64,000 nucleotides of DNA from Squalus acanthias (Eukaryota), in NCBI GenBank assembly GCA_030390025.1, contig CM059431.1, positions 139,626,001 through 139,690,000 on the forward strand, given 5' to 3'. Both the position numbers and the translations under genes were made by a program. Positions 48,366 to 60,720 of this stretch are shown one piece after another (position 1 is the stretch's first letter; every line of letters begins with the position of its first letter). Below the pieces are notes generated by a model, which was not told the origin of the DNA, ran no database searches, and worked only from the letters and a program-made list of their open reading frames with translations.

Positions 48366-48891
48366 TCCACTCTGTCAGTGCTGGTACTGGACCCACTCCT
48401 GCAGAATTAACAGTGAGTCTTATCTCACAGCACTGTTGAATACCTCACTCTGTCAGTGCTGGTACTGGTCCCACTCCTGCAGTATTAACAGTGAGACTTA
48501 TCTCACAGCACTGGTGAATCCCTCACTCTGTCAGTGCTGGTACTGGTCCCACTCCTGCAGTATTAACAGTGAGACTTATCTCACAGCACTGGTGAATCCC
48601 TCACTCTGTCAGTGCTGGTACTGGTCCCACTCCTGCAATATTAACAGTGAGACTTATCTCACAGCACTGGTGAATCCCTCACTCTGTCAGGGTTGGTACA
48701 GGTCCCACTCCTGCAGTATTAACAGTGAGTCTTATCTCACAGCACTAGTGAATCCCTCACTCTGTCAGTGCTGGTACTGGTCTCACTCCTGCAGTATTAA
48801 CAGTGAGTCTTATCTCACAGCACTGGTGAATCCCTCACTCTGTCAGTGCTGGTACTGGTCCCACTCCTGCAGTAGTAACAGAGAGACTTAT

Positions 48892-50762
48892 CATAAGAAC
48901 ATAAGAAATAGGAGCAGGAGTAGACCAATCGGCCCCTCGAGCCTGCTCCGCCATTCAATGAGATCATGGCTGATCTGATCCAACCTCAACTCTAAAGAAC
49001 ACAAGTAGGAGCAGGACCCGGCCACTCGGCCCCTGGGCCCGCTACCCCAGCCACAGGGCCTTGACCGATCCGAACTCAAACTCATGTCCAATTTCCAGCC
49101 CGCTCCCCGTAACCCCGATTCCCTTTACTTCTAGGAAACGGTCTATTTCTGTTTTAAATTTATTTAATGAAGTAGCTTCCACAGCTTCCTGGGTAGCAAA
49201 TTCCACAGACCCACTACCCTCTGAGTGCAAAAGTTTCTCCTCATCTCAGTTTTGAAAGAGCAGCCCATTATTCTAAGATTATGTCCCCTAGTTCTAGTTT
49301 CACCCATCATTGGGAACATCCTCACCGCGTCCACCCGATCAAGCCCCTTCACAATCTTATATGTTTCAATAAGATCGCCTCTGATTCTTCTGAACTCCAA
49401 TGAGTAGAGTCCCAATCTACTCAACCTCTCCTCGTATGTCCACCCCCTCATCCCCGGAATTAACCGAGTGAACCTTCTTTGTACTGCCTCGAGAGCAAGT
49501 ATGTCTTTTCTTAAGTATGGACACCAAAACTGTATGCAGTACTCCAGGTGCGGTCTCACCAATACCCTATACAACTGCAGCAATACCTCCCTGTTTTTAT
49601 ATTCTATCCCCCAAGCAATAAAAGCCAACATTCCATTTGATTTCTTGATCACCTGCTGCACCTGCATACTAACTTTTTGATTTTCTTGCACCAAGACCCC
49701 CAGATCCCTTTGTACTGCAGTACTTTCCAGTTTCTCGCCATTAAGATAATAACTTGCTCTCTGACTTTTCCTGCCAAAGTGCATAACCTCACATTTTCCA
49801 ATATTGTATTGCATCTGCCAAATCTCTCCCCACTCACCCAGCCTGTCTATATCCCCTTGTAGGTTTTTTATGTCCTCCTCACTCTCTACTTCCCCTCCCA
49901 TCTTTGTATCATCTGCAAACTTTGATATGTTGCACTCGGTCCCCTCCTCCAAATCGTTAATATAGATTGTAAAGAGTTGGGGACCCAGCACCGACCCCTG
50001 CGGAACACCACTGGCTACTGGTTGCCAGTCTGAGAATGAACCATTTATCCCAACTCTCTGCTTCCTGTTAGATAACCAATCCTCCACCCATGCCAGAATA
50101 TTACCCCCAATCCACTGATTTTTTATCTTGAGTAATAATCTTTTATGTGGCACCTTGTCGAATGCCTTCTGGAAGTCTAAATACACTACATCCACTGGTT
50201 CCCCTTTATCCACCCTGTACGTTATGTCCTCAAAGAACTCGAGCAAATTTGTCAGACATGACTTCCCCTTCATAAAGCCATGCTGACTTTGTCCTATTAA
50301 ATTATGTTTATCTAAATGTTCCGTTACTGTCTCCTTAATAATAGACTCCAAAATTTTACCCACCACAGATGTTAGGCTAACTGGGCTATAATTTCCAGCC
50401 TTCTGCCTACAACCCTTTTTAAATAAGGGTGTTACATTAGCAGTTTTCCAATCTGCCGGGACCTTTGCTGAGTTCAGGGAGTTTTGGAAAATTATTACCA
50501 AAGCATCCACAATTCCTACTGCCACTTCCCTCAAGACCCTAGGATGTAAGCCATCAGGTCCAGGGGATTTATCCGCCTTGAGTCCTATTATTTTACTGAG
50601 TACCAATTCCTTAGTGATTTTAATCGTATTCAGCTCCTCCCCCACGAGAGCCCCCTGTTTGTCCAGTGTTGGGATATTCTTATTGTCCTCTACCGTAAAG
50701 ACTGAAACAAAATAATTGTTCAGCATTTTTGCCATCTCCATGTTTCCCACCATTAATTTCCC
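48892..50762 (-). mobile_element. Young CR1 LINE, RT-only portion with a 529-aa open frame
   Basis: ORF 49164-50753 has all RT motifs ([27 protein letters not shown]). Frameshift only near the C-terminus. Tail cataagaa. Confidence 0.95.
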
Positions 50763-51395
50763 AGCACTGGTGAATCCCTCACTCTGTCAGTGTTGGTGCT
50801 GGTCCCACTCCTGCAGTACTAATAGTGAGCCTTATCTCACAGCACTGTTGAATCCCTCACTCTGTCAGGGTTGGTACTGGTCCCACTCCTGCAGTATTAA
50901 CAGTGAGTCTTATCTCACAGCACTGGTGAATCCCTCACTCTGTCAGTGCTGGTACTGGTCTCACTCCAAGCAGCATTAACAGTGAGCCTTATCTCACCGC
51001 ACTGGTGAATCCCTCACTCTGTCAGTGATGGTACTGGTCCCACTCCTGCAGTATTAACAGTGAGTCTTATCACACAGCACTGGTGAATCCCTCACTCTGT
51101 CAGTGCTCGTACTGGTCCCACTCCTGCAGTATTAACAGTGAGCCTTATCACACACCACTGGATAATCCTTCACTCTGTCAGTGCTGGTACTGGACCCACT
51201 CCTGCAGTATTAACAGTGAGTCTTATCTCACAGCACTGGTGAATCCCTCACTCTGTCAGTGCTGGTACTGGACCCACTCCTGCAGTATTAACAGTGAGCC
51301 TTATCTCACAGCACTGGTGAATCCCTCACTCTGTCACTGCCGGTACTGGTCCCTCTCCTGCAGTATTAACAGTGAGACATATCTCACAGCAATGG

Positions 51396-52660
51396 TCCTG
51401 TTTGACAAACCTATTGGATTTCTTTGAGGATGTAATTAGTGGAGTAGACAAAGGGAACAGTAGTGTGGTGTATTTGGATTTTCAGAAGGCCTTCGATAAG
51501 GTCCCACACAAGAGGTTGGTGAACAAAATTAGGGCACATGGAATTGGGGGTAATATACTAGCATGGATTGAGAATTGGTTAACAGACAGGAAACAAAGAG
51601 TAGGGAAAATGGGTCTTTTTCAGGATGTCAGGCTGTGACTAGTGGGGTACCGCAAGGAACGATGCTTGGGCCCCAGCTATTAACATTCTATATCAATGAT
51701 TTGGATGAGGGGAATAAATGTAACATTTCCAAATTTGCTGATGACACAAAGCTAGGTGGCAGTGTCAGTTGCGAAGAGGATGTGAAGAGTCTTCAAGGGG
51801 ATCTTGACAGGCTCAGTGAGTGGGCGAGAACATGACAAATGTATTATAATGTGGATAAATGTTAAGTTATCCACTTAGGTAAAAAAAAGACATGCAGAGT
51901 ATTTCCTAAATGGTGAAAGATTGGGGAATGCAGATGCTCATATGGTCCTGGGTGTCCTTGTACATGAGTCACTGAAAGTGAATGTGCAGGTGCAGCAAGC
52001 CATTAGGAAGGCAAATGGTATGCTGGTTTTCATTACAAGAGGATTTGAGTACAGGAGTAAATAAGTCTTACTTCAATTATATAGGATCTTGGTGAGACCA
52101 CACCTGGAGTACTGTGTACAAGTTTGGTCACCTTACCTAAGGAAGGATATACTTGCCATAGAGGAATTGCAACAAAGGTTCACGAGATTGATTCCTGGGA
52201 TGGTTGGACTGTCGTATGAGAAGAGATTGAGTAAACTAGGACTGTATTCTCTTGAATTCAGAAGAATGAGTGGGGATCTCATTGAAGCATACAAAATTAT
52301 TACAGGGCTTGATAGGATGGATGCTGGGAGAATGTTTCCCTTGGCTGGGGAGTCTAGAACCAGGGACCACAGCCTCAGGATAAAGGGTAGGCCATTCAGG
52401 ACTGAGATGAGAAGAAATATCTTCACACAGAGGATGGTGAATCTTTGGAATTCTCTACCCCAGAGGGCTGTGAAGGCTCAGTCATTGGGTATATTCAAAA
52501 CAGAAGTCGATAGATTTCTGACTAGAAAGGGCATCAAGGGATATGGCGATAGGGCCGGTGAATGGAGTTGAGGCAGAAGATCAGCCATGATCTCATTGAA
52601 TGGCGGAGCAGGCTCGAAGGCCGAATGGCCTACTCCTGCTCCTATTTCTTATGTTCTTAT
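51396..52660 (+). mobile_element. CR1 LINE 3' part
   Basis: ORFs 51372-51638, 51575-51835 and 52089-52571. Tail ttcttatgttcttat. Confidence 0.93.
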
Positions 52661-52844
52661 CTAATGGTGATTCCCTCACTCTGTCAGTGCTGGTACTGGA
52701 CCCACTTCTGCAGTATTAACAGTGAGCCTTATCTCACAGCAGTGTTGAATCCCTCACTCTGTCAGTGCTGGTACTGGTCCCACTCCTGCAGTATTAACAG
52801 TGAGACTTACCTCACCGCACTGGTGAATCCCTCATTCTGTCAGA

Positions 52845-53668
52845 CTATACCCCCCACCCCTCTCTCAGACTGAACTGACCCTTCTCTCTGAATAAACCGC
52901 CCCCTCTCTCAGACTGAACTGTCCCTCCCTCAGTCTGAACCCCCCCTCTCTCAGACTGAACCGCCCCCTCCCTCAGACTGAACTGCCCACTCTCTCAGAC
53001 TGAAACCCCCTCTCGCAAACTGAACCCCGTCTCAGACTGAACCCCCCTCTCAGACAGAACCGCCCCCTCTCTCAGACTGAACCCCACCTCTCTCAGACTG
53101 AACCGCCCCCTCTCAGACTGAACCGCCCCCTTTCTCAGACTGAACCGCCCCCTCTCAGACTGAACCGCCCCCTCTCAGACTGAACCGCCCCCTCTCTCAG
53201 ACTCAACCGTCCCCACTCCCAGACTCAACCGTCCCCACTCTCAGACTCAACCGTCCCCACTCTCAGACTCAACCGTCCCCACACTTAGACTCAACCGAAC
53301 CCTCTCTCAGAATGAACCGCCCTCTCTCAGACTGAACCCCTCCTCTCTCAGACAGAACCCCCCCTCTCTCAGACTGAACCCCCCCTCTCTCAGACTCAAC
53401 CGTCCCCACTCTCAGACTCAACCAACTCCTCTCTCAGACTGAACCGCCTGCTCTCAGACTGAACCCCTCCTCTCTCAGACTGGACCGTCCCCTCTCTCAG
53501 ACTGAACCGCCCCTCTCTCAGACTGACCCCCCCCCCTCTCTCAGACTGAACCGTCCCCTCTCTCAGACTGAACCGTCCCCTCTCTCAGACTGAACCCCCC
53601 CCTCTCTCAGACTGAACCCCCCCCTCTCTCAGACTGAACCATCCCCTCTCTCAGACTGATCCGCCCCC
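52845..53668. repeat. About 20-24-bp C-rich minisatellite
   Basis: Unit ctctcagactgaaccgcccc with variable C and CT runs. Confidence 0.95.
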
Positions 53669-53669
53669 A

Positions 53670-53885
53670 TGAGAGCTGAAGGCCAATGGAGGGATGAAGG
53701 AAATCGGGAATGTACAAGAGGCCAGAATTGGAGGAGCGCAGAGATCTCGGAGGGTTGTAGGGCTGGAGGAGGTTACCAAGATAGGGAGGAGGGAGGCCAT
53801 GGATGAGAACTTTAAAATCGAGGTGTTGCTGGACCGGGAGTCAATGTAGGTCAGTGAGCACAGGGGTGATGGGTGAACAGGGAGC
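53670..53885 (-). mobile_element. L2-type LINE 3' fragment
   Basis: gagatctcggagggttgtagggctggaggaggttacc..atagggagg..gccatgg..tttaaaatcgaggtgttgc, homologous to 58140-58370. Confidence 0.7.
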
Positions 53886-54513
53886 GGCACTGAATACCAT
53901 TCGGTCACATGAGAGAAGTGACCATGGAGACATCATTTCCTCCCCATTCAAGGACACCTTCATTCAGCAGTTAAATGGTTAATGTGTTGGGCCTTCGAGG
54001 CGGCTCGCCCTCCCCGCACTGAAACACCAGATACTGGCCCTGAGGTGTTGGTCTGAAAGATCAAACATCAGGGAATCCGTGGAACGGTTCATAAAGTCCC
54101 AGATAGAGGCGTTACAAATCATTCCCAGAGATGGGTTTTCTAACTAACTTTGTTCAAATATGTTTTATTCAAATGCAATAATACCTGTACAACTCATCAA
54201 TGACATAGTAAATCCATTACATTCATCCATCACAGTAAAAAATAAAGCCTTAAAAAACAGCCTTACAGTTAATATAAATGCAATGATTAATTTTACAAAT
54301 AATCAATAATGTTTACAGTACAAATATCCTTAAGCAATTCCACACAACTTTTTAGATTTAAAATAATAAATCTCAAAGTTAACTCCACATAAAACAAACC
54401 ATTTCAACACCAGTGTACAAACACATAGCATCATCATAATTCAATTAAATGCTACAGATAACATGTATTCCAATAAACCAAGAAAACCTGTTTTACGCCA
54501 GTCCTACTGGCAT

Positions 54514-54870
54514 TGTTCGTTCGATCATTCGATCATTCATTCAATGGTTCATTCATTCATTCAAGCGTTCGTTCGTTCGTTTGATCGAGTGTAAGTTCCA
54601 ATATGTATGTCTGAATGCGTGTGTGCGTATCATTTGTCTAAGTGCGTGCCTGCGTGCGTTCGCTCGAAGCGTTCGTTCTATCACTACACAAGTGATCATT
54701 CATTCGATCGAGTGTAAGTTCCAATGTGCATGCCTGCATTCGCTCGAATCGTTCGTTCGACCACTACCCCATGAGGTCGTTCGTTCGATCGAGTGTAAGT
54801 TCCAATATGCATGAATGCGTTCGTTCAAATCGTTCGGCCGTTCGTTCACTCGAGCGTCCGTTCGTTCAAT
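54514..54870. repeat. Compound decayed microsatellite (ttcg/ttca/tgcg) with three copies of gatcgagtgtaagttccaat
   Basis: Direct inspection. Copies near 54583, 54706 and 54787. Confidence 0.8.
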
Positions 54871-56207
54871 AAATTACCAATGTTAATTTACTTTATCATT
54901 TCAAACACACCAACACTAGACAATAACCTCAAAGTAAATTCTTACATAACCACCAATACATCACCATGTGCAAATTTCCACAGTCCTTATCAGAAAATCA
55001 ATTAAGCTTCAAGTAAACTGCTTTCAAACAGAAAACCTGAAACCTTCCCAACAAAACAATTAAATACCAGTTCTACGCCAGTCCTATTGGCAATCCATTA
55101 ACGAATATCATTTGATGTTGTCGAACCATGTAAAGTCATAGTCCTTGTCCACAGTCTTCAGCCCTTCCACGGAAAAAGAAGCCATCCACTTCCTGAAATC
55201 CAGTAAAAAAAAGACCGAACACTCAAATCTTCTTCTGCATGCTGTTATCACTCACAGGACCCAACCATCAAAGAATACTCATCATTCCTTACTGATATTA
55301 CTTTGCTCTGTCTTTTAATTTCCTTTTATTTTCCGTCTTTTAACCATTCACATTTTCCATCTTGTAACCGCTCACGCGCTCCATTACAGATGGAAACAAT
55401 TTGTCTTTCCTTCACCAATATGGTGACGCATAAACCGGTCCCATGACCAAGAAAAAGCCTCACAGGTGCCGCCAGGCAGAGCAGATGCTGGGCCGCTGGA
55501 ACTCAATCAGGCCCGAAACCATTCTGCAACTTTCAGAACCAGTGCAGCAATGCTCACCAACCGCATCTCCCGACTCAACCTCTGCCGACCAGGCGGCCCA
55601 CCCTGGGCCCCCCGCCTGGGGTTCTCCGTGCTGGGCCTCCCGCCCAGGCCACTCTCCTCCGGGTCTTCCACCTTGGGCCTTCCGCACCGGCATTCCCCGC
55701 AAGCAGCCGGGATCTGGAGCAGCCCGTTCACACAGCACCGAGTGAAGCCGAGTTGAAAATCTCACAGCCTTTCCTCCCCGGGCCTTCTGCACTGGGCCCT
55801 CCACACTAGCATTCCCCACGAGCAGCCGGGGTGTGGAGCTCACCCGTTCACACAGCACCAAACTCAGCTGAGAATCTTGCAGCCTGGGCTTGGATTTTGT
55901 CCTTGGGGCGGGCTGGGGTTGTGTCAGCCACCGTGAGGCGGTTTAACGGCCGCCCTAACTTTGTTCATAATTAAACGTGTTGTCTAACCGGTTCGATTAG
56001 TATTTTGAAACAGCAGCTTTCAGTCAGAGGGCGGAGATTGGATCAAATCTCAAATAACAAGGATCAGCTCCAATTACCAAACTGTGATTGGCAGGAAGAA
56101 AACCAGGAGCAGCCTCCTGATTGGTGGCAATGAGTTTACAAAGACAGAACTGGCAGGCTGCACACGGAAAGGGCGAATCTGCGGATCCAGGTAAGGTTCA
56201 TGTAGTT

Positions 56208-56785
56208 TGCAGCCTGTGTCCAGGGTCTAACTTTAATCTCCCTGTTTGAAGCCGGTGTCTCCCGGTGCAGCCTGTGTCCAGGGTCTAACTTTAATCTCCC
56301 TATTTAAAGCCGGTGTATCCCATGCAGCCTGTGTCCAGTGTCTAACTATAATCTCCCTGTTTAAAGCCGGTGTCTCCCGGTGCAGCCTGTGTCCAGTGTC
56401 TAACTTTAATCTCCCTGTTTAAAGCCGGTGTCTCCCGGTGCAGCCTGTGTCCAGGGTCTAACTTTAATCTCCCTGTTTAAAGCCGCTGTCTCCCGGTGCA
56501 GGCTGTGTCCAGGGTCTAACTTTAATCTCCCTGTTTAAAGCCGCTGTCTCCCGGTGCAAGCTGTGTCCTGTGTCTAACTTCAATCTCCTGTTTAAAGCCG
56601 GTGTCTCCCGGTGCAGCCTGTGTCCAGGGTCTAACTTTAATCTCCCTGTTTAAAGCCGCTGTCTCCCCGTGCAGCCTGTGTCCAGGGTCTAACTTTAGTC
56701 TCCCTGTTTAAAGCCGGTGTCTCCCGGTGCAGCCTGTGTCCAGGGTCTAACTTTATCTCCCTGTTTAAAGCCGCTGTCTCCCGGG
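56208..56785. repeat. 58-bp minisatellite, about 10 copies
   Basis: Unit gcagcctgtgtccagggtctaactttaatctccctgtttaaagccggtgtctcccggt. Period 58 (56209 to 56267). Confidence 0.96.
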
Positions 56786-57327
56786 GAGATGATGTTCCAC
56801 GGGCCCTCTCCCCCGCGGCTCTAGTCATTCTCTCAGTGAGCGCTCGGACAGTGACCCAGGGCAGAGGCTCTGTTTAACAGCGAGGGTCCCGAGGACCAGC
56901 CCGCTCCTGTTCTGCACCGCCCTTCTCAATCTTCAGAGTGATGGAGTGAGATGATTCAGAGTGTTAACCCATCCTCGGCAGCTGAGCCTGCGGTGGGCCC
57001 TGGACCCCTCTTCCTCTCTGACGATCTTCACCACACACACTGTGTTCACACACTGCGTCTTTTGGGGACGCTCTCAGTTTTGAAGTTGAAGCGGACCAGG
57101 TTGAGGAACTCTGGCGCTCGCTACCCACACAGTGTAGCCGCGCCCATCCCCTCACTCGGTTCTCAGCACCGCCGCTCATGAAAGCGCTCTCCGGTGTTTG
57201 GCTCAATCTCCAAACATCAGGCGATCGATGGGACTTTCCACAATGTCCCAGATGGAAATGGGACAATTGGTATCTAACGCTGGGTCTGTTTTGCTGCACT
57301 GACTGAACAGGAAGTGATAAAGAAATG

Positions 57328-57398
57328 TTTAACTCTTTCTCTCTCCACGGATGTTGTCTGGCCCGCTGAGTTTTTCCAGCGTATTCTGTTGTTATTTC
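57328..57398 (+). mobile_element. Short Penelope pLTR fragment
   Basis: ttaactctttctctctccacggatgttgtctggcccgctgagtttttccagcgtattctgttgttatttc matches 3353-3424. Confidence 0.8.
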
Positions 57399-57918
57399 GA
57401 AGAAATGTTTCTAACTCACTTTATCCACAGTTGAACGGGGCGAGGACTTTTCAAACCGGCTCGATTGGTTTTTACCAGAAACTCCGCTCCTCTTTCTAAA
57501 AATAGAAATTCTTCAGATGCAAAACAATCTCCGAGCAGAAACCAGCTTTTCACCAGAGGGTGAAACTCGGGCCCAAATCTCAACAACAAGGATCAGCTCA
57601 AATGATCAAACTGTGAGTCGCTCCGTGAAAACCAGCCATTGGCTGCAGTGAATCTCCACAGACGGAGCTTGCAGAGAGACGGAGAATCCCGGGGACCAAG
57701 GTAATGTGAATGGAGCTCTGAACCTGTATTCTGTCTCACTCTGCATTGATTCTTTACCGCCCGTTTAAAGCCGGGTTCTCCCGGGGACATTCTGTTCCAC
57801 GGGCCGCTGTGGCCAATCCATTCCCGGGCGGCTATCACCATTCTCTGTCCGCTCGGACAGTGACCGAGGACAGTCTGTCCAACACTGGGGCCCTCGGCTC
57901 AACCTGCTCCCGTTCCCC

Positions 57919-58415
57919 ACAACAACAACTTGTATTTATATAGCACCACTAACATAGTAAAGCGTCCCAAGGCGCTTCACAGGAGTGTTATAAGACAAAC
58001 AATTTGACAGCGAGACACATAATGAGAAATTGGGGCAGGTGACCAAAAGCTTGGTCAAAGAGGTAGGTTTTAAGGAGAGAGTCTTGAAGGAGGAAAGAGA
58101 AGCGGAGAGGGTTAGGTATGGAGTTCCGGAGCTTAGGGCCGAGGCAGCTGAAGGCACTGTCACCGATGGTTGAGCGATTATAATCAGGGATACTCAAAGG
58201 GGCAGAATTTGAAGAGTCCATATATGTGTGTGTGGGGGTGGGGACTGAAGGAGATTACAGAGATAGGGAGGGACGAGGCCATAGAGGCGAATTTTGAAAT
58301 CCAAGCCTTTGCTTAACGGGAGCCAATGTAGATCAGCGAGCCCAGAGGTGATGGCTGAATGGGACTTGGTGCGAGTTAGGACATGGGCAGCCGAGTTTTG
58401 GATGACCTCAAATTT
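57919..58415 (-). mobile_element. L2-type LINE 3' end
   Basis: (aac)n tail followed by ttgtatttatatagcacc. ORF 57988-58221 has STIGDSAFSCLGPKL.NS.P..LR...LLKTYLF, the L2 ORF2 C-terminus. Confidence 0.85.
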
Positions 58416-59134
58416 ACTCCACCATCCCTCTCATTGTTAAGCGGGGTCGAGCGACTGGAACCTGGAACAGGGACTCCAGTGTCCGCCAATCCTAGGCTGG
58501 TCAGGTAGACAGTGGTGGGATTGTGGAAGTAGTTTAATGTAACACAATGTGGGACAATACACTCTGGATTGAAGGGTTACAGACTGGAATACAGCGTGAA
58601 TAGGGAATGACTGGGAGAGGGTCACACGGAGTTCACTCTAGATACAGAAATCACTAAACCTTGGATTCCAGCTCTAAACAACACTCGAGGTCACTGCAAT
58701 TGTTCAGTGAGCTGGAACTCGGTGTGTTGAGCTTGGGACGCCTGTCCCAGGAAGGACAGATTGTCTCTGGAGGGAGTCCGGCTGGAATTGTTCAGGGTGA
58801 GAGCTGAGATGAAGGGACTGAGCTATGATGAGAGACTAGGTTAACTTTAGTTATATTTCCAGGGATAAGTCGGTGGTCTAATTTAATATTCACCCCCTTG
58901 TTCTGATTTACCCAGAGTGACAATTCGTCCTCTGTAATATCCTGTCAATTCCCTTCATTGTGATTCTCGAGGGCTGGTACAGAATCTTCACTCTGTTCGG
59001 GCAAACCAGAAAAAGGGGGTGGAATATTAAAATGGTAACAAACCCGGTTAAAAGCCGATGAAAAAACGGTGTTCCTGTTATTAAGGATTGTGGGACTACA
59101 GGCCGCCCGGTGATACATGGCGGATTAATTGTCA

Positions 59135-59722
59135 GTCGTAGATTTATACAGCACAGAAAGAGGTCCTTCGTCCCATCGTGTCCGCGCCGGTCATCAAGTC
59201 CTATCTATTCTAATCCCATTTTCCAGCACTTGGTCCGTAGCCTTGTATTATATGGCGTTTCAAGTGCTCATCTAAATGCTTCTTGAATGTTGTGAGGGTT
59301 CCTGCCTCTGCCACCCTTTCAGGCAGTGACTTCCAGATTCCAACCACGCTCTGGGTGAAAAAGTTTTCCCCTCAAATCCCCTCTAAACCTCCTGCCCCTT
59401 ACCTTGAAACTATGACCCCTGGTTATTGACCCCTCTACTAAGGGGAAAAGTTTCTTTCTATCTCCCCTATCTATGCCCCTCATAATTTTGTACACCTCAA
59501 TCAGGTCCCCCCTCAGCCTTCTCTGCTCTGAGGAAAAAAAACCCAGCCTGTCCAGTCTCTCTTCATAGCTGAAGCGCTCCAGCCCAGGTAACATCCTGGT
59601 GAATCGCCTCTGCACCCTCTCCAATGCAATCACATCCTTCCTATAGTGTGGCGACCAGAACTGCACACAGTATTCCAGCTGTGGCCTAACTCGCGTTTTG
59701 TACAGGTCCATCATAACCCCCC
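59135..59722 (-). mobile_element. CR1 3' fragment
   Basis: ORF 59319-59714 (RPQLEYCVQFWSPHYRKDV..). Confidence 0.92.
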
Positions 59723-59728
59723 CTCCTT

Positions 59729-60240
59729 GGATGGGCCCAAAGAGATCGGACAGTATGTAACCCGGGGAGGATGGGCCCAGTGAGATCAGACAGTGTGTAA
59801 CCCGGGGAGGATGGGCCCAGTGAGATCAGACTGTGTGTAAGCCGGGGAGGATGGGCCCAGTGAGATCAGACAGTGTGTAACCCGGGGAGGATGGGCCCAG
59901 TGAGATCAGACAGTGTGTAACCCGGGGAGGATGGGCCCAGTGAGATCAGACTGTGTGTAACCCGGGGAGGATGGGCCCAGTGAGATCAGACAGTGTGTAA
60001 CCCGGGGAGGATGGGCCCAGTGAGATCAGACAGTGTGTAACCCGGGGAGGATGGACCCAGTGAGATCAGACAGTGTGTAACCCGGGGAGGATGGGCCCAG
60101 TGAGATCAGACTTTGTGTAACCCGGGGAGGATGGGCCCAGTGAGATCAGACAGTGTGTAGCCCGGGGAGGTTGGGCCCAGTGAGATCAGACTGTGTGTAA
60201 CCCGGGGAGGATGGGCACAGTGAGATCAGACAGTGTGTAA
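59729..60240. repeat. 40-bp minisatellite, about 12.8 copies
   Basis: Unit cccggggaggatgggcccagtgagatcagacagtgtgtaa. Confidence 0.97.
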
Positions 60241-60720
60241 ACTGAAGCGCTCCAGCCCAGGTAACATCCTGGTGAATCTCCTCTGCACCCTCTCCCATGC
60301 AATCACATCCTTCCTATAGTGTGGCGACCAGGACTGCACACAGTATTCCAGCTGTGGCCTAACTAGCATTTTGTTCAGCTCCATCATAACCTCCCTGCTC
60401 TTGCCTTCTTTAGCCGAGGCATAGAATCTAAATATCCCATATGCCTTTTTAACCACCTTATCTACCTGTCCTGCTGCCTTCAGTGATCTATCTACATGCA
60501 CACCAAAGTCCCTCTGATCCTCTGTCCTTCCTAGGGTCCTACCATTCATTGTGTATTCCCTTGCCTTGTTAGTCCTCCCAAAATGCATCACCTCACAATT
60601 TTCAGGGTTAAATTCCATTTGTCACTGTTCTGCCCATCTGACCAACCCGTCTATATCGTCCCTCCTCGCTATTTACCACTCCACCAATTTTCGTTTCATC
60701 TGCCAACTTACTGATCATAT
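60241..60720 (-). mobile_element. CR1 RT fragment
   Basis: ORF 60226-60618 (MEFNPENCEVMHFGR..RPQLEYCVQ). Confidence 0.9.

Larger units (their letters stand above)
48368..52843 (+). repeat. 78-bp minisatellite in three blocks (48368-48890, 50762-51392, 52663-52843) split by two CR1 insertions
   Basis: Unit ctcacagcactggtgaatccctcactctgtcagtgctggtactggtcccactcctgcagtattaacagtgagtcttat. Period 78 (48424 to 48502). Confidence 0.95.

Noticed and set aside
48424..48440. cacagca motif in the 78-bp unit as a V(D)J recombination signal
   Set aside because: Non-consensus heptamer, no nonamer at 12 or 23 bp spacing, and no Ig/TCR segments nearby.
48436..48978. Cys/Trp-rich repetitive 180-aa ORF (also 51083-51427)
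   Set aside because: By-product of a 78-bp unit length. No ATG start or splice evidence, and interrupted by LINEs.
55443..55861. Several overlapping GC-rich ORFs
   Set aside because: Expected from high GC content and an internal repeat. No known motifs.
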